Counted from the first letter of the whole stretch, positions 40,637 to 54,237 are shown. The stretch is 62,947 nt of DNA, filler included, from Octopus bimaculoides (GCF_001194135.2; 7 parts of 5 records of this genome joined end to end with filler, not necessarily neighbours in it); one strand, 5' to 3'. Notes: generated by a model from the sequence alone, not told the origin. Translations and numbers: made by a program.

Positions 40637-40899
40637 TCAAGGCAGCGCAAAAAGTTGTTTTGCACAAGCATTTGTATAGCCAATTAGACGGATGAAATTT
40701 ATGTACACTTAATAATGTTACGCAAAACAGCCTTCAGACTTTCCCTATTAATTTCATCGTCTTTTGAATTATGAACATATTTACATCATAAGGGTTTTTT
40801 CGTTGTGAGGCTATCTTTTTTAGTTGATTTTGACCTAGCAAGACTTATCGTAGATGGCTTAATAAGTCACACCCGGACAACGTCAGGTTATACTGCTAG
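40637..40899 (+). mobile_element. Helitron-like non-autonomous insertion
   Basis: Ends with an imperfect GC hairpin (cccggacaacgtcagg) then tatactgCTAG|T. A candidate A|TC start lies just after the RTE homology stops. The 5' boundary is uncertain. Confidence 0.5.
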
Positions 40900-41291
40900 T
40901 ATATATATATATAAAAGAAGAAAAGGAAAATGTGTGTACATACATGTAGACGTATCCATCACATATCTTATATATCTCTGTATGTATCTGCACCCACGTA
41001 TGGCCACACACACATATATATGTTTAAGAGGTGCATATATGCATATTTATGTATGTGTGTGTATATGTGTATGTTGATGCATGTATGTTCATCTGTATAT
41101 GTATGTATTCATGTATAGGAGTATATATGAATGCATGTGTAAGTGTGTGTGTGTGTGTGCCTATATATCTATATAGGTACATGTGTGTGTCTGAGAGCAT
41201 GGCTATATGCGGTTGTTTCTGTTCTGGTGTAGGTATGTGCCTCTATATATGTGTGTTTGTGCACACAGGCATGCATGTATGTATGTGTATG

Positions 41292-41334
<43 letters not shown>

Positions 41335-41434
41335 NNNNNNNNNNNNNNNNNNNNNNNNNNNNNNNNNNNNNNNNNNNNTTAATTAATTAANNNNNNNNNN
41401 NNNNNNNNNNNNNNNNNNNNNNNNNNNNNNNNNN

Positions 41435-41695
41435 ATATATTGACTGGCTTGTGCGGGTGGCACATAAAAGACACCATTTTGAGCGTGGCCGTTTTCGTGC
41501 GGGTGACACGTAAAAGCACCCACTACACTCTCTGAGTGGTTGGCGTTAGGAAGGGCATCCAGCTGTAGAAACTCTGCCAAATTAGATTGGAGCCTGGTGT
41601 TGCCATCCGGTTTCACCAGTCCTCAGTCAAATCGTCCAACCCATGCTAGCATGGAAAGCGGACGTTAAACGATGATGATGATGATGATGATGATA
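41435..41695 (+). mobile_element. Young copy of the RTE-3'UTR-derived short element
   Basis: High identity to 22512-22700 (reverse complement), CpGs intact, long (GAT)n tail. Confidence 0.8.
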
Positions 41696-41704
41696 TATAT
41701 ACAT

Positions 41705-41750
<46 letters not shown>

Positions 41751-43391
41751 ATACACACATAGATACATACATACACACACACACGATGTAATTGACTTAC
41801 TCCCCCCCCCAAATGCTGGCATTGTGTCAAAATTTGAAATCAACATTTTAACTGACAATCCAATGTCCTATGCATTCTGCTAGCTTTTACACTCTGCCCT
41901 TATTATGTATGAACATAACCAGGATTAAAATCATGAATATAAACCTGTACAAAATTATATCTTTCTGTCCTATAAAAATTCTGATCATTGAACCATTAAG
42001 CTATAAGCAGGATTTTCATGTAAGTTACAGGCATGACTCCATAGTTGGATAAGTAATTGAAAGTAAAGGTATTGAAGTATCATGTGGTAATCTAAACTGT
42101 TATTCTATGTGAATTGGACTAACAGTCACAGAAAAGATTACTCATATCACTCAAATCTGTTGCATCAATGGTTTACAATAACTATGTAAACACTGCAATT
42201 TTTTTTTTCAGTCAACTGTTACTAATGCTAACAGAAACAGCAGGAGCTCCTCTAAGTGCAGTGAAGTTCAGTTGTGAGAAAAATTGAAAACTTTATCGCC
42301 ACACAACTACAATCTTTTTATTACAACCTAATTTTACTCATTTATTTTATTTTATTTCATACAAAATAAATTTCCAAAGAAAAATAACACCCACAGCAAT
42401 ATTAGAGACTTTCTCAAACAGGAAGTTATGGGAGGTCAAAATGGTCTATTAGATAAGGTGTCAAATTCCAGAGCAATAAATAAATAAATAAATAAATAAA
42501 AACAGGTTTATCTGCAGTTTGTAGTAGATATATTCATTCATTCATTCATTAATACATAATTACCAATCTGGTGCTTAACAGTTTGTCAATATTTCACCTA
42601 AGATATTTATGTTCATAGCTTACATTATAAGCTGAATTTTATCACCAAATCTGTAGAGCTTGCCAACAACAAAGGGGTTTAAATGCTATATTAATGCAGG
42701 AAAGAAGCTCTGGGGGAAAGCAAAAAATATAAACAAGTCTATAATCTAATTTTGGCTCAATGTGATAGCCTTTTTTTACAACGTTTATGCTACTGATATC
42801 CTTGTGAATGTCATAGATGTAACAATTCCCATAGCCCTCTCTCATCTCAAGTTAATAATGCTGAATAGTGACTGAAAAATAGCTGTAATGAAGAGAAGTC
42901 AAACAATTGATACTACTTACTGCACTAGTACATGGGATAAATAAATACTTATTCTTTATCCATTATACATTTCATTTTCTTGTGTATTCATTCATTAATA
43001 TTCTTAGCATTCATTAAGAATTATGTGAAGGTATGTAACCTAGTAGTAAGAGTGTTGGGCTCACAATCAGAAGGTCAAAAGTTCAATTCTTGGACTGGAT
43101 GGTGCATCGAGTCCTTGAGCAAGGCACTTCATTTCATGTTACTCCAGTTACTAATTTGAAATGAGTTCTAGCCTAGGGCTGGTGCAACCCCCATTTAGCC
43201 ATTAAGTCCTTGATGTTTCACAGGGCCAAGAAAGTATCTAAAAGTCTGCTCACAAGTACATTGGCACCTAAAACAATTAGAAACAGAATGGTACAGGCTG
43301 CTAGGCCATATTCACTTATGAGTGATGGCTATGATGTCCATAAGAATATATATCTATAACCAAGTGTAGGAATGGCTGAGTGGTTCCCAAA

Positions 43392-44551
43392 CAGTTGAAA
43401 ATAACACCTATTTCTGAAATGTTCATCACATTACTCCATGTGCGTCCTTTACTTTCGAATGTCCCTGTGACATTCAAAACGCACTTATCGTGAGCCAGTC
43501 ATCATCGTATTTTTGAAATACGAGTTCTTTCTTGGAAATACATCATCACAGACAGCTCGGAATATTAATGGAGTATTTCATTGTAATGTTATTACACAGC
43601 AGACAGTATCAAATTGGTTTGCAAAATTTCGTCCTGGGAACTTTGACATTACAAATGAGCAACGCGGTCGACCAGAAACAAAGGTGGATGATGATGAACT
43701 GAAAGCCACTGTCGAGTCAAATCCATCTCAAAGTGCCCATGAGTTATCATTGATGTTTGGTGTTAGAAAGCAAAAAATTTGATTCACCTAGTTCAGATCG
43801 GTAAAGTGAAAAAGATGGATAAGTGAGTTCCACATGAATTTAATGAATATCAGAAACAGCAACATTTGGAAGCCTGCATTATGCTACTTTCTCATCACAA
43901 AAATGAATCATTTTTGAATCGAATTGTAACATGTAATGAGAAATGGATCCAATACAACAACCATATACGTTCAGCACAATAGTTGGACAAAGACAAGCCA
44001 CCAAAACACAGTCCAAAAAGCAAAATTCATCAAAAGAAGCTGATGGTGGTCTAGCATAGGTGTGATCCATTATGATTTCATTAAACCTGGATCATCAATC
44101 ACAGCTGAAGTATACTGCAGCCAACTGGACCAAAGGATGCAGAAACTTACAAAAAAAAAAGAAAACAGCCAAGATTAGCCAACAGACCACTCCTATTTTA
44201 TTGCAAGACAATGTCAGACCACACATTGCAAAAATGACATTGGTAAAACTACAGGAGTTGGAGTTGGAAGTTCTCCATCATCCACCATATCACCTGATCT
44301 TGCCCCCACTGACTACCACTTCTTCCAGAATTTGGATAACTTTTTGATAGGAAAAAATTTAACTCCGGCGATGCTGTAAAACAGGCCTTCCAAGATTTTA
44401 TTGACTCTAGATTGCCAGGCTTTTACAGTTCCGGGCTAGACAAGCTACCACTGAAATGACAAAAGTGTATCGATAATTGATGAATAAAACTATTCCTTGT
44501 ATTTATAAAACATTAGCAAACATGTTTTTCTTTTCTACAAATTTCATACTT
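43392..44551 (+). mobile_element. Degenerate mariner (Tc1/mariner DD34D) transposon, non-functional transposase
   Basis: Pieces read YEFFLGNTSSQTARNIN...WFAKFRPGNFDI..RGRPE, K*VPHE, RIVTCNEKWIQY, LLQDNVRPH, LHHPPY/PDLAPTDYHFF. Several stops and frameshifts; the first catalytic Asp reads as Asn. The 3' end runs into an N gap and no TIRs were seen. Confidence 0.92.
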
Positions 44552-45324
44552 NNNNNNNNNNNNNNNNNNNNNNNNNNNNNNNNNNNNNNNNNNNNNNNNN
44601 NNNNNNNNNNNNNNNNNNNNNNNNNNNNNNNNNNNNNNNNNNNNNNNNNNNNNNNNNNNNNNNNNNNNNNNNNNNNNNNNNNNNNNNNNNNNNNNNNNNN
44701 NNNNNNNNNNNNNNNNNNNNNNNNNNNNNNNNNNNNNNNNNNNNNNNNNNNNNNNNNNNNNNNNNNNNNNNNNNNNNNNNNNNNNNNNNNNNNNNNNNNN
44801 NNNNNNNNNNNNNNNNNNNNNNNNNNNNNNNNNNNNNNNNNNNNNNNNNNNNNNNNNNNNNNNNNNNNNNNNNNNNNNNNNNNNNNNNNNNNNNNNNNNN
44901 NNNNNNNNNNNNNNNNNNNNNNNNNNNNNNNNNNNNNNNNNNNNNNNNNNNNNNNNNNNNNNNNNNNNNNNNNNNNNNNNNNNNNNNNNNNNNNNNNNNN
45001 NNNNNNNNNNNNNNNNNNNNNNNNNNNNNNNNNNNNNNNNNNNNNNNNNNNNNNNNNNNNNNNNNNNNNNNNNNNNNNNNNNNNNNNNNNNNNNNNNNNN
45101 NNNNNNNNNNNNNNNNNNNNNNNNNNNNNNNNNNNNNNNNNNNNNNNNNNNNNNNNNNNNNNNNNNNNNNNNNNNNNNNNNNNNNNNNNNNNNNNNNNNN
45201 NNNNNNNNNNNNNNNNNNNNNNNNNNNNNNNNNNNNNNNNNNNNNNNNNNNNNNNNNNNNNNNNNNNNNNNNNNNNNNNNNNNNNATATATATATATATA
45301 TATACTTATATATATATATACAGG

Positions 45325-45600
45325 TGCAGAGGTGGCTGTGGAGTAAGGAGCTTGCTTCCCAACCATGGTGCCATGCAGTGGGACTGCATGGCACCTTGGA
45401 CGAGTGTCATCTACTATAGCCCCAGGCTGATGAGAGCTTGTGAGTGGGTTTGGTAGACAGAAACTGAAAAAATCCCACCATGCATGAATGTATGTATATA
45501 TGGGTGTATGTGTGAGTATGAATATGAGTGTATGTTTGTGTCTTTTTGACTTGCTTTTGCATGAAAGTTATAAATTAGTGTCAACGTCACACAATCTCCA
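45325..45600 (+). mobile_element. tRNA-derived SINE 5' part, same family
   Basis: gtggctgtggagtaaggagcttgcttcccaaccatgg...ttgtgagtgggtttggtagacagaaactgaaa. Confidence 0.68.
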
Positions 45601-47019
45601 TCATTCATAGCCAATATTCTGTGAAAAAACGTCTAGCCATGGAGGAGTATTACCTTGTTTGGATACAAGTGGCGGTTGGTGACAGGAAGGTTATCCAGCA
45701 ATAGGAAATCTACTTCAAATAAATTCCATCTGTTCATGCAAGCATGGAAAATTGGATGTTAAATGATAATGATGATGATATACATCACATCACATTCAAT
45801 AGGGCATTGGGGTCTCAAGCAAGATTTTAGTTTAGTGATACTTGAAGGCATACAGTAGTTATTAACTGCAATTTTGTTTTGTCTACACATCTAAAGTAAC
45901 AATAATTCTGTAATGAATAGAACAGATTTTTCAAGATAACACTAGAAGCCTAATCACTTTAAAATCGATAAATGATTTCTTTGAGCTAAGCACTTCACTA
46001 AATTTGTTTCTCACTGAGGCACAAAGCCACAACCCCATTACTTGGCTGGTACTTTATTTACCAACCCCAAAAAGGATACAAGACAAAGTTGACCTCAGAG
46101 GAACTTGAACTCAGATTGTTAAAAGTTTTTTCCAATGCTCTAATTATTCTGCCAATCCAACATCCTAAGAAGAGGTTAATTAATTAAAGTGACCCCAGTA
46201 ATTAATACATGTTCATTGTTGAATTTATACTGATGTGAAAGTACACAGCAAGGATTCTTTTCAAATGTGATGTGTTTTGAGTATGTGTACGAAGAGAATA
46301 GTACTTACTTGTTATATTCTTTAAATGAATCAAGCAAAAATTACTCTATAACCTTCAAACAGAGTATCAGCAGAAACTGGGTTAATTACTACTGACATTC
46401 CTCTACATTTGATTATTTACAAACTATATCAATGAAATTAATTAACCCTTAGAGGAAGGATAGGCAGAGCGGCTGAGTCATGAGAAATAGCAAATCTATA
46501 TCTTGACTTTAATAACAAAAATATGTTGTTTTGTTGGGGCTTCTCTTCCGTTATAAAAAAACAACAAAAAAAAACAAAAAAAAAAACAGATTGGAAGTGA
46601 ACAGAAAAGAGTAACTGAGCATTAAAAGACATCAGTGAATATTCTGGTGGAGCAGCTATGATGGTACAGACATAGAATACAAATGAAATAACATAACTTC
46701 TAAAATGTTGCATGCTAGCAGTGAAAAGTACTCAGTTGTAAAGAAAGAACAAGTGGGAGATATAAGAAAAAGAAGTGGTGAGGTTCAAATCTCAGGATGT
46801 CAGACATAAGGGACAAGATTAGCAGTTCCTGCTATTTTTTGCACCGCAGACTGGTTTCATGCAAGACATATTTTCTACAGACCGTGGGATCATGCACATA
46901 ACAAAACACAATAAAGTGCCTAATATATAATTTAATTATTACATATATAAGACATATACAGAGTGCATTCCAGAAGTTTTCACTTTTTAGCAGAGGCAGT
47001 TATAATTGTCCCAGATTAT

Positions 47020-47220
47020 TCTTTTATTTGTATTAGTCATTTGACTGCAGCCATGCTGGAGCACTGCCTTGAAGTGGTTTTTGTTGAACAATTCAACCTC
47101 AGGACTTATTTTTAGGCTTATTCTTTGCCAAACTGCTAAGCTATGGGGGACATAAACACACCAACACCAGTTATCAAGCAATGACGAGGGGACAGACACA
47201 GACAAAGAGATACAAACACA
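47020..47220 (-). mobile_element. SINE 3' half, same family
   Basis: agtcatttgactgcagccatgctggagcac...ggggacataaacacaccaacacc. Confidence 0.68.
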
Positions 47221-47467
47221 GCTCTAAATTATATACTGCTGAGTTTATAAAAGAAAATCATTAAACAGCCATACTGAGGGATATCAAGTTAAGACACTGA
47301 AGAGCCTGCACCATTTTATATTAGGGTTGCAATTGCAACGATTAATAATCGGTGCAATTGAAACATGTGTTGGTCTTAAAAGGTGGTATATAATTATAGA
47401 ATTAAAGGTAATGCTATTGCTACTTCAGAGTAATCCTTATTTTTAATATTGTCTATATACATACATG

Positions 47468-47507
<40 letters not shown>

Positions 47508-47540
47508 AGTAAAAATAAATACAAAAAAGGTGGGGTTTTT

Positions 47541-47892
47541 TGTATGATTGTGTATAGAGGAATATATTATTTTGTTTAAAAGAGTTCCAACACTGTCTGT
47601 TTTTTATGTTTTATTTATATTCCTGCAGAACTAATGTGGGGTATAGAATATGGAATATACAATATATAATATAATATACAATATACAATATAAAATAAAA
47701 TAAAATAAAATAAAATAAAATATTTTATTTTATTTTATTTTATATTGTATATTGTATATTATATTATATATTGTATATTCCATATTCTATACCCCACATT
47801 AGTTCTGCAGGAATATAAATAAAACATAAAAAACAGACAGTGTTGGAACTCTTTTAAACAAAATAATATATTCCTCTATACACAATCATACA
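47541..47892. repeat. Perfect 170-bp-arm palindrome ending at a gap
   Basis: 47541-47710 is the exact reverse complement of 47723-47892; centre is (TAAAA)n/(TTTTA)n. Confidence 0.88.
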
Positions 47893-47941
47893 NNNNNNNN
47901 NNNNNNNNNNNNNNNNNNNNNNNNNNNNNNNNNNNNNNNNN

Positions 47942-47997
<56 letters not shown>

Positions 47998-49681
47998 CAT
48001 ATTGGAACAGAACCTGAAACCAAGTAGTTGAGAAGCAAACTTTTTAACCATACAGTCATGCCTGCACCAAAAAAGAATTTTAAAATGATCAAAAAATCAA
48101 ACAAATTGAAGATTAAGCCTTTATCTTCATACTTTATATGTCATGAACAAATAAAAAATCAGGAAGCTAATGAGAACAACAGTAAATCAGTATCATGACC
48201 ACTGAGGTGAATCCAAGGTATAGTTACCTAAGGCATACAGCACCTACTCAGATAAATTGAAATTTATCTGAGTTGGTGCAGTAGGGTCGAGTGTTTAAGA
48301 AGGTCACTTTGTAACCGCAAAGATCTGACACTTAAGAAAATTACATTTGACTGAGATGTCATTGCATAGCCATTTTGGGCAAATGTCAGTTTCTGTAGCT
48401 TCAGGTCAAGCTATACCTTGTAAGTAAAATTGGGTAGATGGAAATTGTACAGAAGCCTGACAGATAGACTGGATTGTACCTGTAATTGAAAAGGTACAGC
48501 CTTGTCACAAACAGCATCAAGCTGATTCATCGTCATCATCATCATCATTGCCTACTTTTCCATGCTTGCGTGGACCAAGTGGAGTTTTGTTGGGGGAGAT
48601 TTTTTTCTACGGTCAGATACCCCTCTCCTTGTTGCAAACTCTCACCTGTGTCTAAGCAAGGTAATATCTCCCCATGACATGTTTTCAGCAAAGATGAATG
48701 AAGGACACTACCTGCACAATGGTAACAATCATTTACAACTATGAAGCAATGTCCAGGCAGGGAGACAATAAAAAAAAAACACACGCACACACACACACAC
48801 ACCCCTCAAAGTAAAAGGAAAACAATTTCTTCCAAACCCTTTCAGATTGCTTTAATTTCCAATTTTTCCAAATTTTTCTTATTTCCTAAACCTTGGCTTG
48901 GAATTTTTAATATTGGATAAAATGACCATACACAGTGAAGCCTAGATGTTAAGAGAAAATATCAAACATGCTCTTAACTAAGCACAGACCCCAAAGGACC
49001 AACGGTGGTGTTAATGCAAGAGACAGAGTAAATCTAAAACTTAAGAATCCAGAATGCACAGAGTTGGAACAAATACTGCATGACATTTCATCTAACAATT
49101 CCAACATTCCATCACCCTAGACTGGCACTTTATTCTAGTGACGTCAAAAAGATAAAGGGTAAAACTGACTTTTGGTGGAATTTGAACTCAGTGTGTAGAG
49201 AACTAGAACAAATACTGCAGACAACTCATCCAACACTAAATTTCATTCATCTTATTACCTGAGTTTCGGTAGAATTTGAACTCAATGTGTAGAGAACTTG
49301 AAGAAATACTGTAGGCATTTTGTCCAACTCTCTAACAATTATGAGAGTTCACCACCTATAAAACTGACACAACAGATTTGTCCTGAAGGGAAAAATGTAA
49401 TAGAATTGGATCTCTGTAATATTCATTCATTTATTTTATTTTTATTTGTCTGTTTTTCATGCTAGCATGGGTTAGAGGAATATACTTATTGAGACATCGT
49501 TTTGCAGCTGGATGACCTTTCTAACACTGACTCTTATCCACTTATCCATGAGGTTTCGAAAGTATGAAGAAAACATGATTTGCTTACAGAACTGACAACG
49601 ACAACACCACCTTCATTACGTTGCAAATTTCCAAGAAGTGAGTGAAATGCAAACAAACAAATAGACACACATGTATGCATG

Positions 49682-49750
49682 CATGCACACCACACAAACA
49701 TGCACACCACACAAACATGCACACCACACAAACATGCACACACACCACAC
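49682..49750. repeat. 17-bp tandem repeat (catgcacaccacacaaa), about 4 copies
   Basis: Direct inspection. Confidence 0.85.
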
Positions 49751-49985
49751 ACATACCTGAAGAATTGCCATTTTGAATGAAATAATATTACACTCATAAA
49801 TATTGTGTAATTTATGACGCTATAATAAAAATATACACTAACTCCCCTGTTTTATTCTCTTCTTGGACATTTATAAATGATGGTCCACTTTCAGTTTCTG
49901 TATGATGAATCCACTGACAAGTCTTTGGTCAACCTGGAACTGTAGTAGAAAACACTTGCCTAAGGTGCCATGCAATGAGACTTAA

Positions 49986-50207
49986 CCCTTTAGTGTTCAC
50001 ATTATTCTGCCATAATTAATGCTTTTTTATTCACATTGTTTTGAAGTAATCATGCATTATCTTGTAGCTATGAGATTTTGATAAGGTAGCTGTTAATTTT
50101 TAAAATGATATTGTAGGGTTTGTGTGAGAGACCAGATCTGGCCAGTTTGAACATAGAATAGGCAGAATACTTTTGGCCGGATATGGCCAGTTTAAATGCT
50201 AAAAGGG
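49986..50207. mobile_element. piggyBac-like TTAA MITE, family 1, inserted into a SINE
   Basis: TTAA|CCCTTTAG...CTAAAAGGG|TTAA, in opposite orientation to the 13-kb copies. The SINE sequence on the left (49885-49985) resumes on the right (50212-50265). Confidence 0.88.
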
Positions 50208-50878
50208 TTAACCTAAAACCACATGGAAGGGAAGCAAACTATTTTTGGGCCATACAGCCATGCCTGTGCCTTGTGTTTATTTTATTGACTCAAGAGAAAT
50301 CTGAAGAGTAAACCTGAGCAAGATTTTCACTCATAATGTAAAAGGACTGAAATAAATATTGCTTTCAGATTTTTGCACAAGGCCAGCAATTTCGGGGGAG
50401 GGGTATAAGTTGATTACAATGACCCCAGTGTTCAACTGGTACTTATTTTATTGAACCTGAGAGAATGAAAGGTGAATTTAACTGCAGCAGAATTTGAACT
50501 CAGAACATAAGGACAAACAAAATGCCACTAAGCATTTTGCCCAGTATGCTAACAATTCTGCCATCTCACTGCCTTCTGGACATAAATAGATATTGAGAGA
50601 TATTCAATCTAGCACACTGCTATTTCTGTCACACAACTAATTTATCCACCCCACCCACCTGGTATATTAAATACTCATGCCGCAGTGATGAAAGGGTAAA
50701 AGTTTCCAGTGAATCAGCAATTTTCAATGGGGAACAAAATTCTGAATGAAATACAAATTGCTTCACCAAACTTGCCTGAAACACAGTCTTCATGGATAAA
50801 TTCTCCCCAGAAGTTCCAATTCTCAAGTCAATTCTCGTTGAAGTCATTCTATTACTTTGACTCATATTACAACATTAA

Positions 50879-51105
50879 TCCTTTTGATACCAACCCACCT
50901 GAGACCACCACCCCATCATTCCATAATAGAAACTTCCTGTTTTAAAGTGTTCTAAATTAAGACCATCCGTCCAAATTTCTTGTTAATATAAGTTCCAAAC
51001 ACCAGCTTTATAATGACAGTTATTTTACTAAATACTTCATTATTTTTAGAATTAACTGAAACAATTTTGCAACCATATTTCAACAGCAATATGGTAACAA
51101 AATGG
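50879..51105. mobile_element. piggyBac-like TTAA MITE, family 2
   Basis: TTAA|TCCTTTTGATACC...GGTAACAAAATGG|TTAA; a partial opposite-orientation end is at 14849-14895. Confidence 0.68.
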
Positions 51106-51409
51106 TTAAATTAGTAAAAATTGGAGCAGCCAAAATAAAACATACAGCTAAGTAGTTTACAGACTTAGTTTGTAGTTTTTGTGATTTCTATTTAATTTAT
51201 TATAAACATTACTGGAAAATGTTTTAACAATAAAGAATTTTTAGTAAATTTTAATACATAATAATCCTATCTATTATAGGCACAAGGCCTGAAATTTTGG
51301 AGATGAGGGTTAGTCAATTACATCAACCCCAGTGCTCAACTGATACTGATTCAATGATTACCCTCATCCCTGCCACCCCCACCCCCACCTGACTGGAAAG
51401 AAGGAAGAA

Positions 51410-51750
51410 GAAAGGATCCCCTTCAGTCATAAATGACCACAGGATTGCACCTAGAAAGTTACCCTCTGAGGCACAAGTCTAGGCAAGGTTGTCTATTAAA
51501 GACCAGTAGTCATCCATGCATACCAGTCTCCCCTCTCCATGCCCCTGATGTTATCCAAAGGAAAGTCAAAGGCCAATACAGCTTGGCACCAGTGATGTTG
51601 CAACTCATTTCTACAGCTGAGTGAACTTGAGCAATGTAAACTAAAGTGTCTTGCTCAAGAACACAGCACATAGCCCGGTCCAGGAATCAAACTCACAACC
51701 TCATGAATTGTGAACCTGATGCTCTAAACACTGAGCCCTGCACCTTAACC
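51410..51750 (-). mobile_element. Third tRNA-derived SINE family
   Basis: Head on the minus strand (gggctcagtgtttagagcatcaggttcac...gagtttgattcctggacc) then gttcttgagcaagacacttta. Relatives at 18910-19035 (-) and 43030-43170 (+). Confidence 0.65.
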
Positions 51751-52588
51751 TGACTGGAAGAGAGGCAATTAAATGAAGAAGTGTGAAAACTTTATCAAGG
51801 CTACCGAACAGCAAATAACTAGAATCAACACTGTTGAAGCAAAAACTAGCAAAATTTAAGAATATAATATCTGTCAAAATATATGGCAACATAAAAATGA
51901 CAGAATAAAAAAAGCTATGTTAGAGCAGTAATAGTGATAGTATGGAATGCTAGTAGGAAATATAGGATTAAGTTAGATGAAAAGTGTTAATAACTCAAGC
52001 TGTAATCTGTAGTGTCAAAATTATGTAAGATCTCCAAGGATACATTGGTGTACTTAAAGGTAGTGAAATTTATATTCTTTACTAGTTTAGCCACTCAGTT
52101 GTAGCCATGTTGGTTCACCCCCATATATATTGTTTATTTGTTTGTTCTATATCTATTTTACCCTGCTAACACACACCCACACATACACACATTGATGTTT
52201 GTTTTTATGTCAAGTTACACCTGACACCCATTTAAGATTAAACTAAAGGATTACGCAATACTTTTTAATAGAAGTGTACGTTTATTAAACTTTAACAAGG
52301 AAAAAGTTAACAGTGACTCTGGAATTTGGGTTCACTCACCTTTGTAAGCATGTGTGTACTGACAATAGCTGGATGGATGGATGGAAAGATAGACACATAT
52401 ATAGCATTAATTTTTTAGGTCATTCAATTTCTCTCAACTGAACAATAGACTGATTGAGTAAACCTATCAGTAACATACCTATAATTACTGGAAACAGCTG
52501 TAAGCCAAATTTGTTTTAATAAAGGAAACATATGTAATGACCATTATTTATAACTTGTCCTACATATATGTGTTTGTGTGTGTGTGTA

Positions 52589-52679
<91 letters not shown>

Positions 52680-52680
<1 letters not shown>

Positions 52681-52980
52681 AGCTCGATAAAGTGTAAGTG
52701 CCTTGAGAGAAAAGTTGGACCTAAGAAGCATCAGATGTGGTGGTCAGGAGAGACGACTGCGCTGGTATGATCATGTGGTGAGAATGGATGAAGATAGCTG
52801 TGTCAAAAAGTGCCACACCCTAGCGGTTGAGGGAACCTGTGGAAAAGGTAGACCCAGAAAGACCTGAGATGAAGTGGTGAAGCAAGCCCTTCAAACATTA
52901 GGCCTCACCGAGGCAATGACTAGTGACCGAGACCTTTGGAAATATGCTGTACTTGAGAAGATTCGGCAAGCCAAGTGAGA
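52680..52980 (+). mobile_element. RTE LINE C-terminal fragment
   Basis: [25 protein letters not shown] and GKGRPRKT; homologous to 27140-27420. Confidence 0.8.
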
Positions 52981-53089
52981 CCAAAACCCGTGACCTATGC
53001 CAGTAGTGTAACCAGCCCACTTATGCATACCTTTCTTTCATTGGACACTAAACTCTGCTTGTGAAGACCTGTTGAGGCAGGTGAAATCA

Positions 53090-53457
53090 AATTTGCTGAC
53101 GTGGCCAATAACAGCACCGCATGACCGGCATCCGTGCTAGTGTTACGCTAAGAGCACCATCTGAGTGTGATCGTTGCCAGGGCCACTGACTAGCTCCCAT
53201 GCCAGTGACACGTAAAAAGCACCATTCGAGTGTGATCATTACCAGCGTTGCCTTACTGGCACTTGTGCCAGTGGCACGTGAAAGACAACATCTGAGCAAG
53301 ATCATTGCCAGTGCTGCTGGACTGGTTCCTGTGCAGGTGGCATGTAAAAAACACCATTTGAGCATGACCATTGCTAGTACCGCGTGACTGGCCCTCGTGC
53401 CAGTGGCATGTAAAAGCACTCACTACACTCTCAGAGTGGTTGGCATTAGGAAGGGCA
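53090..53457 (-). mobile_element. RTE-3'UTR-derived short element with tandem internal units
   Basis: Homologous to 22640-22980. Confidence 0.7.
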
Positions 53458-53716
53458 NNNNNNNNNNTATATATATATATTGGTTTCAAATTTTAGCACA
53501 AGTCCAGCAAGTTCAGAGCAGGGGGGAAGTTCGTTACATTCACCCCAGTACTCAATTGGTACTAATTTTATCAACCCTCAAAGGATGAAAGGCAAAGAGA
53601 ATATCAGTGGAATTTGAACTCAGATCATGAAGACAGATGAAACACTGCTACACATTTTGCTCAGCATGCTAATGATTCAACCAGCTTGTTGCCTTATATG
53701 CATATATATATTATAT

Positions 53717-54237
53717 GTATAAACCCCTGTACCTGGCTTTCGTTGACATGGAGAAAGCCTTCGACAGGGTCCCCTGATCCCTTATTTGGTAATCAATGAG
53801 AAACTGGGGATTGATGAATGGTTAGTGAGAGATGTGCAAGCAATGTACAGGAATGCTGTCAGTAAGGTGAGGGTTGACAATGAGTACAGTGAAGAATTCG
53901 GGGTAGAGGTAGGGGTCCACCAAGGTTCAATCCTCAGCGCCCTCCTATTTATCATAGTCCTCCAGGCAATAACAGAGGGATTCAAGACAGGATGCCCCTG
54001 GGAGCTCCTCTATGCTGATGACCTTGCTCTAATTGCTGAGTCACTATCAGAACTAGAGGAAAAATTTCAGGTGTGGAAGCAAGGATTAGAATCGAAGGGC
54101 CTTAGAGTCAACCTAGCTAAAACCAAAGTCTTAATAAGTAGGAAGGCAGACAAACCACAAATCCCTTCAGGTAGATGGCCCTGCTCGATCTGTAGAAAAG
54201 GCATAGATAGAAACTCTATAAGATGCATTTTGTCCAG
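53717..54237 (+). mobile_element. RTE-clade LINE RT fragment
   Basis: KPLYLAFVDMEKAFDRVP, then ORF 53786-54505 with HQGSILSALLF, ELLYADDL and GRWPCSICRKG; ends at a gap. Confidence 0.93.
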
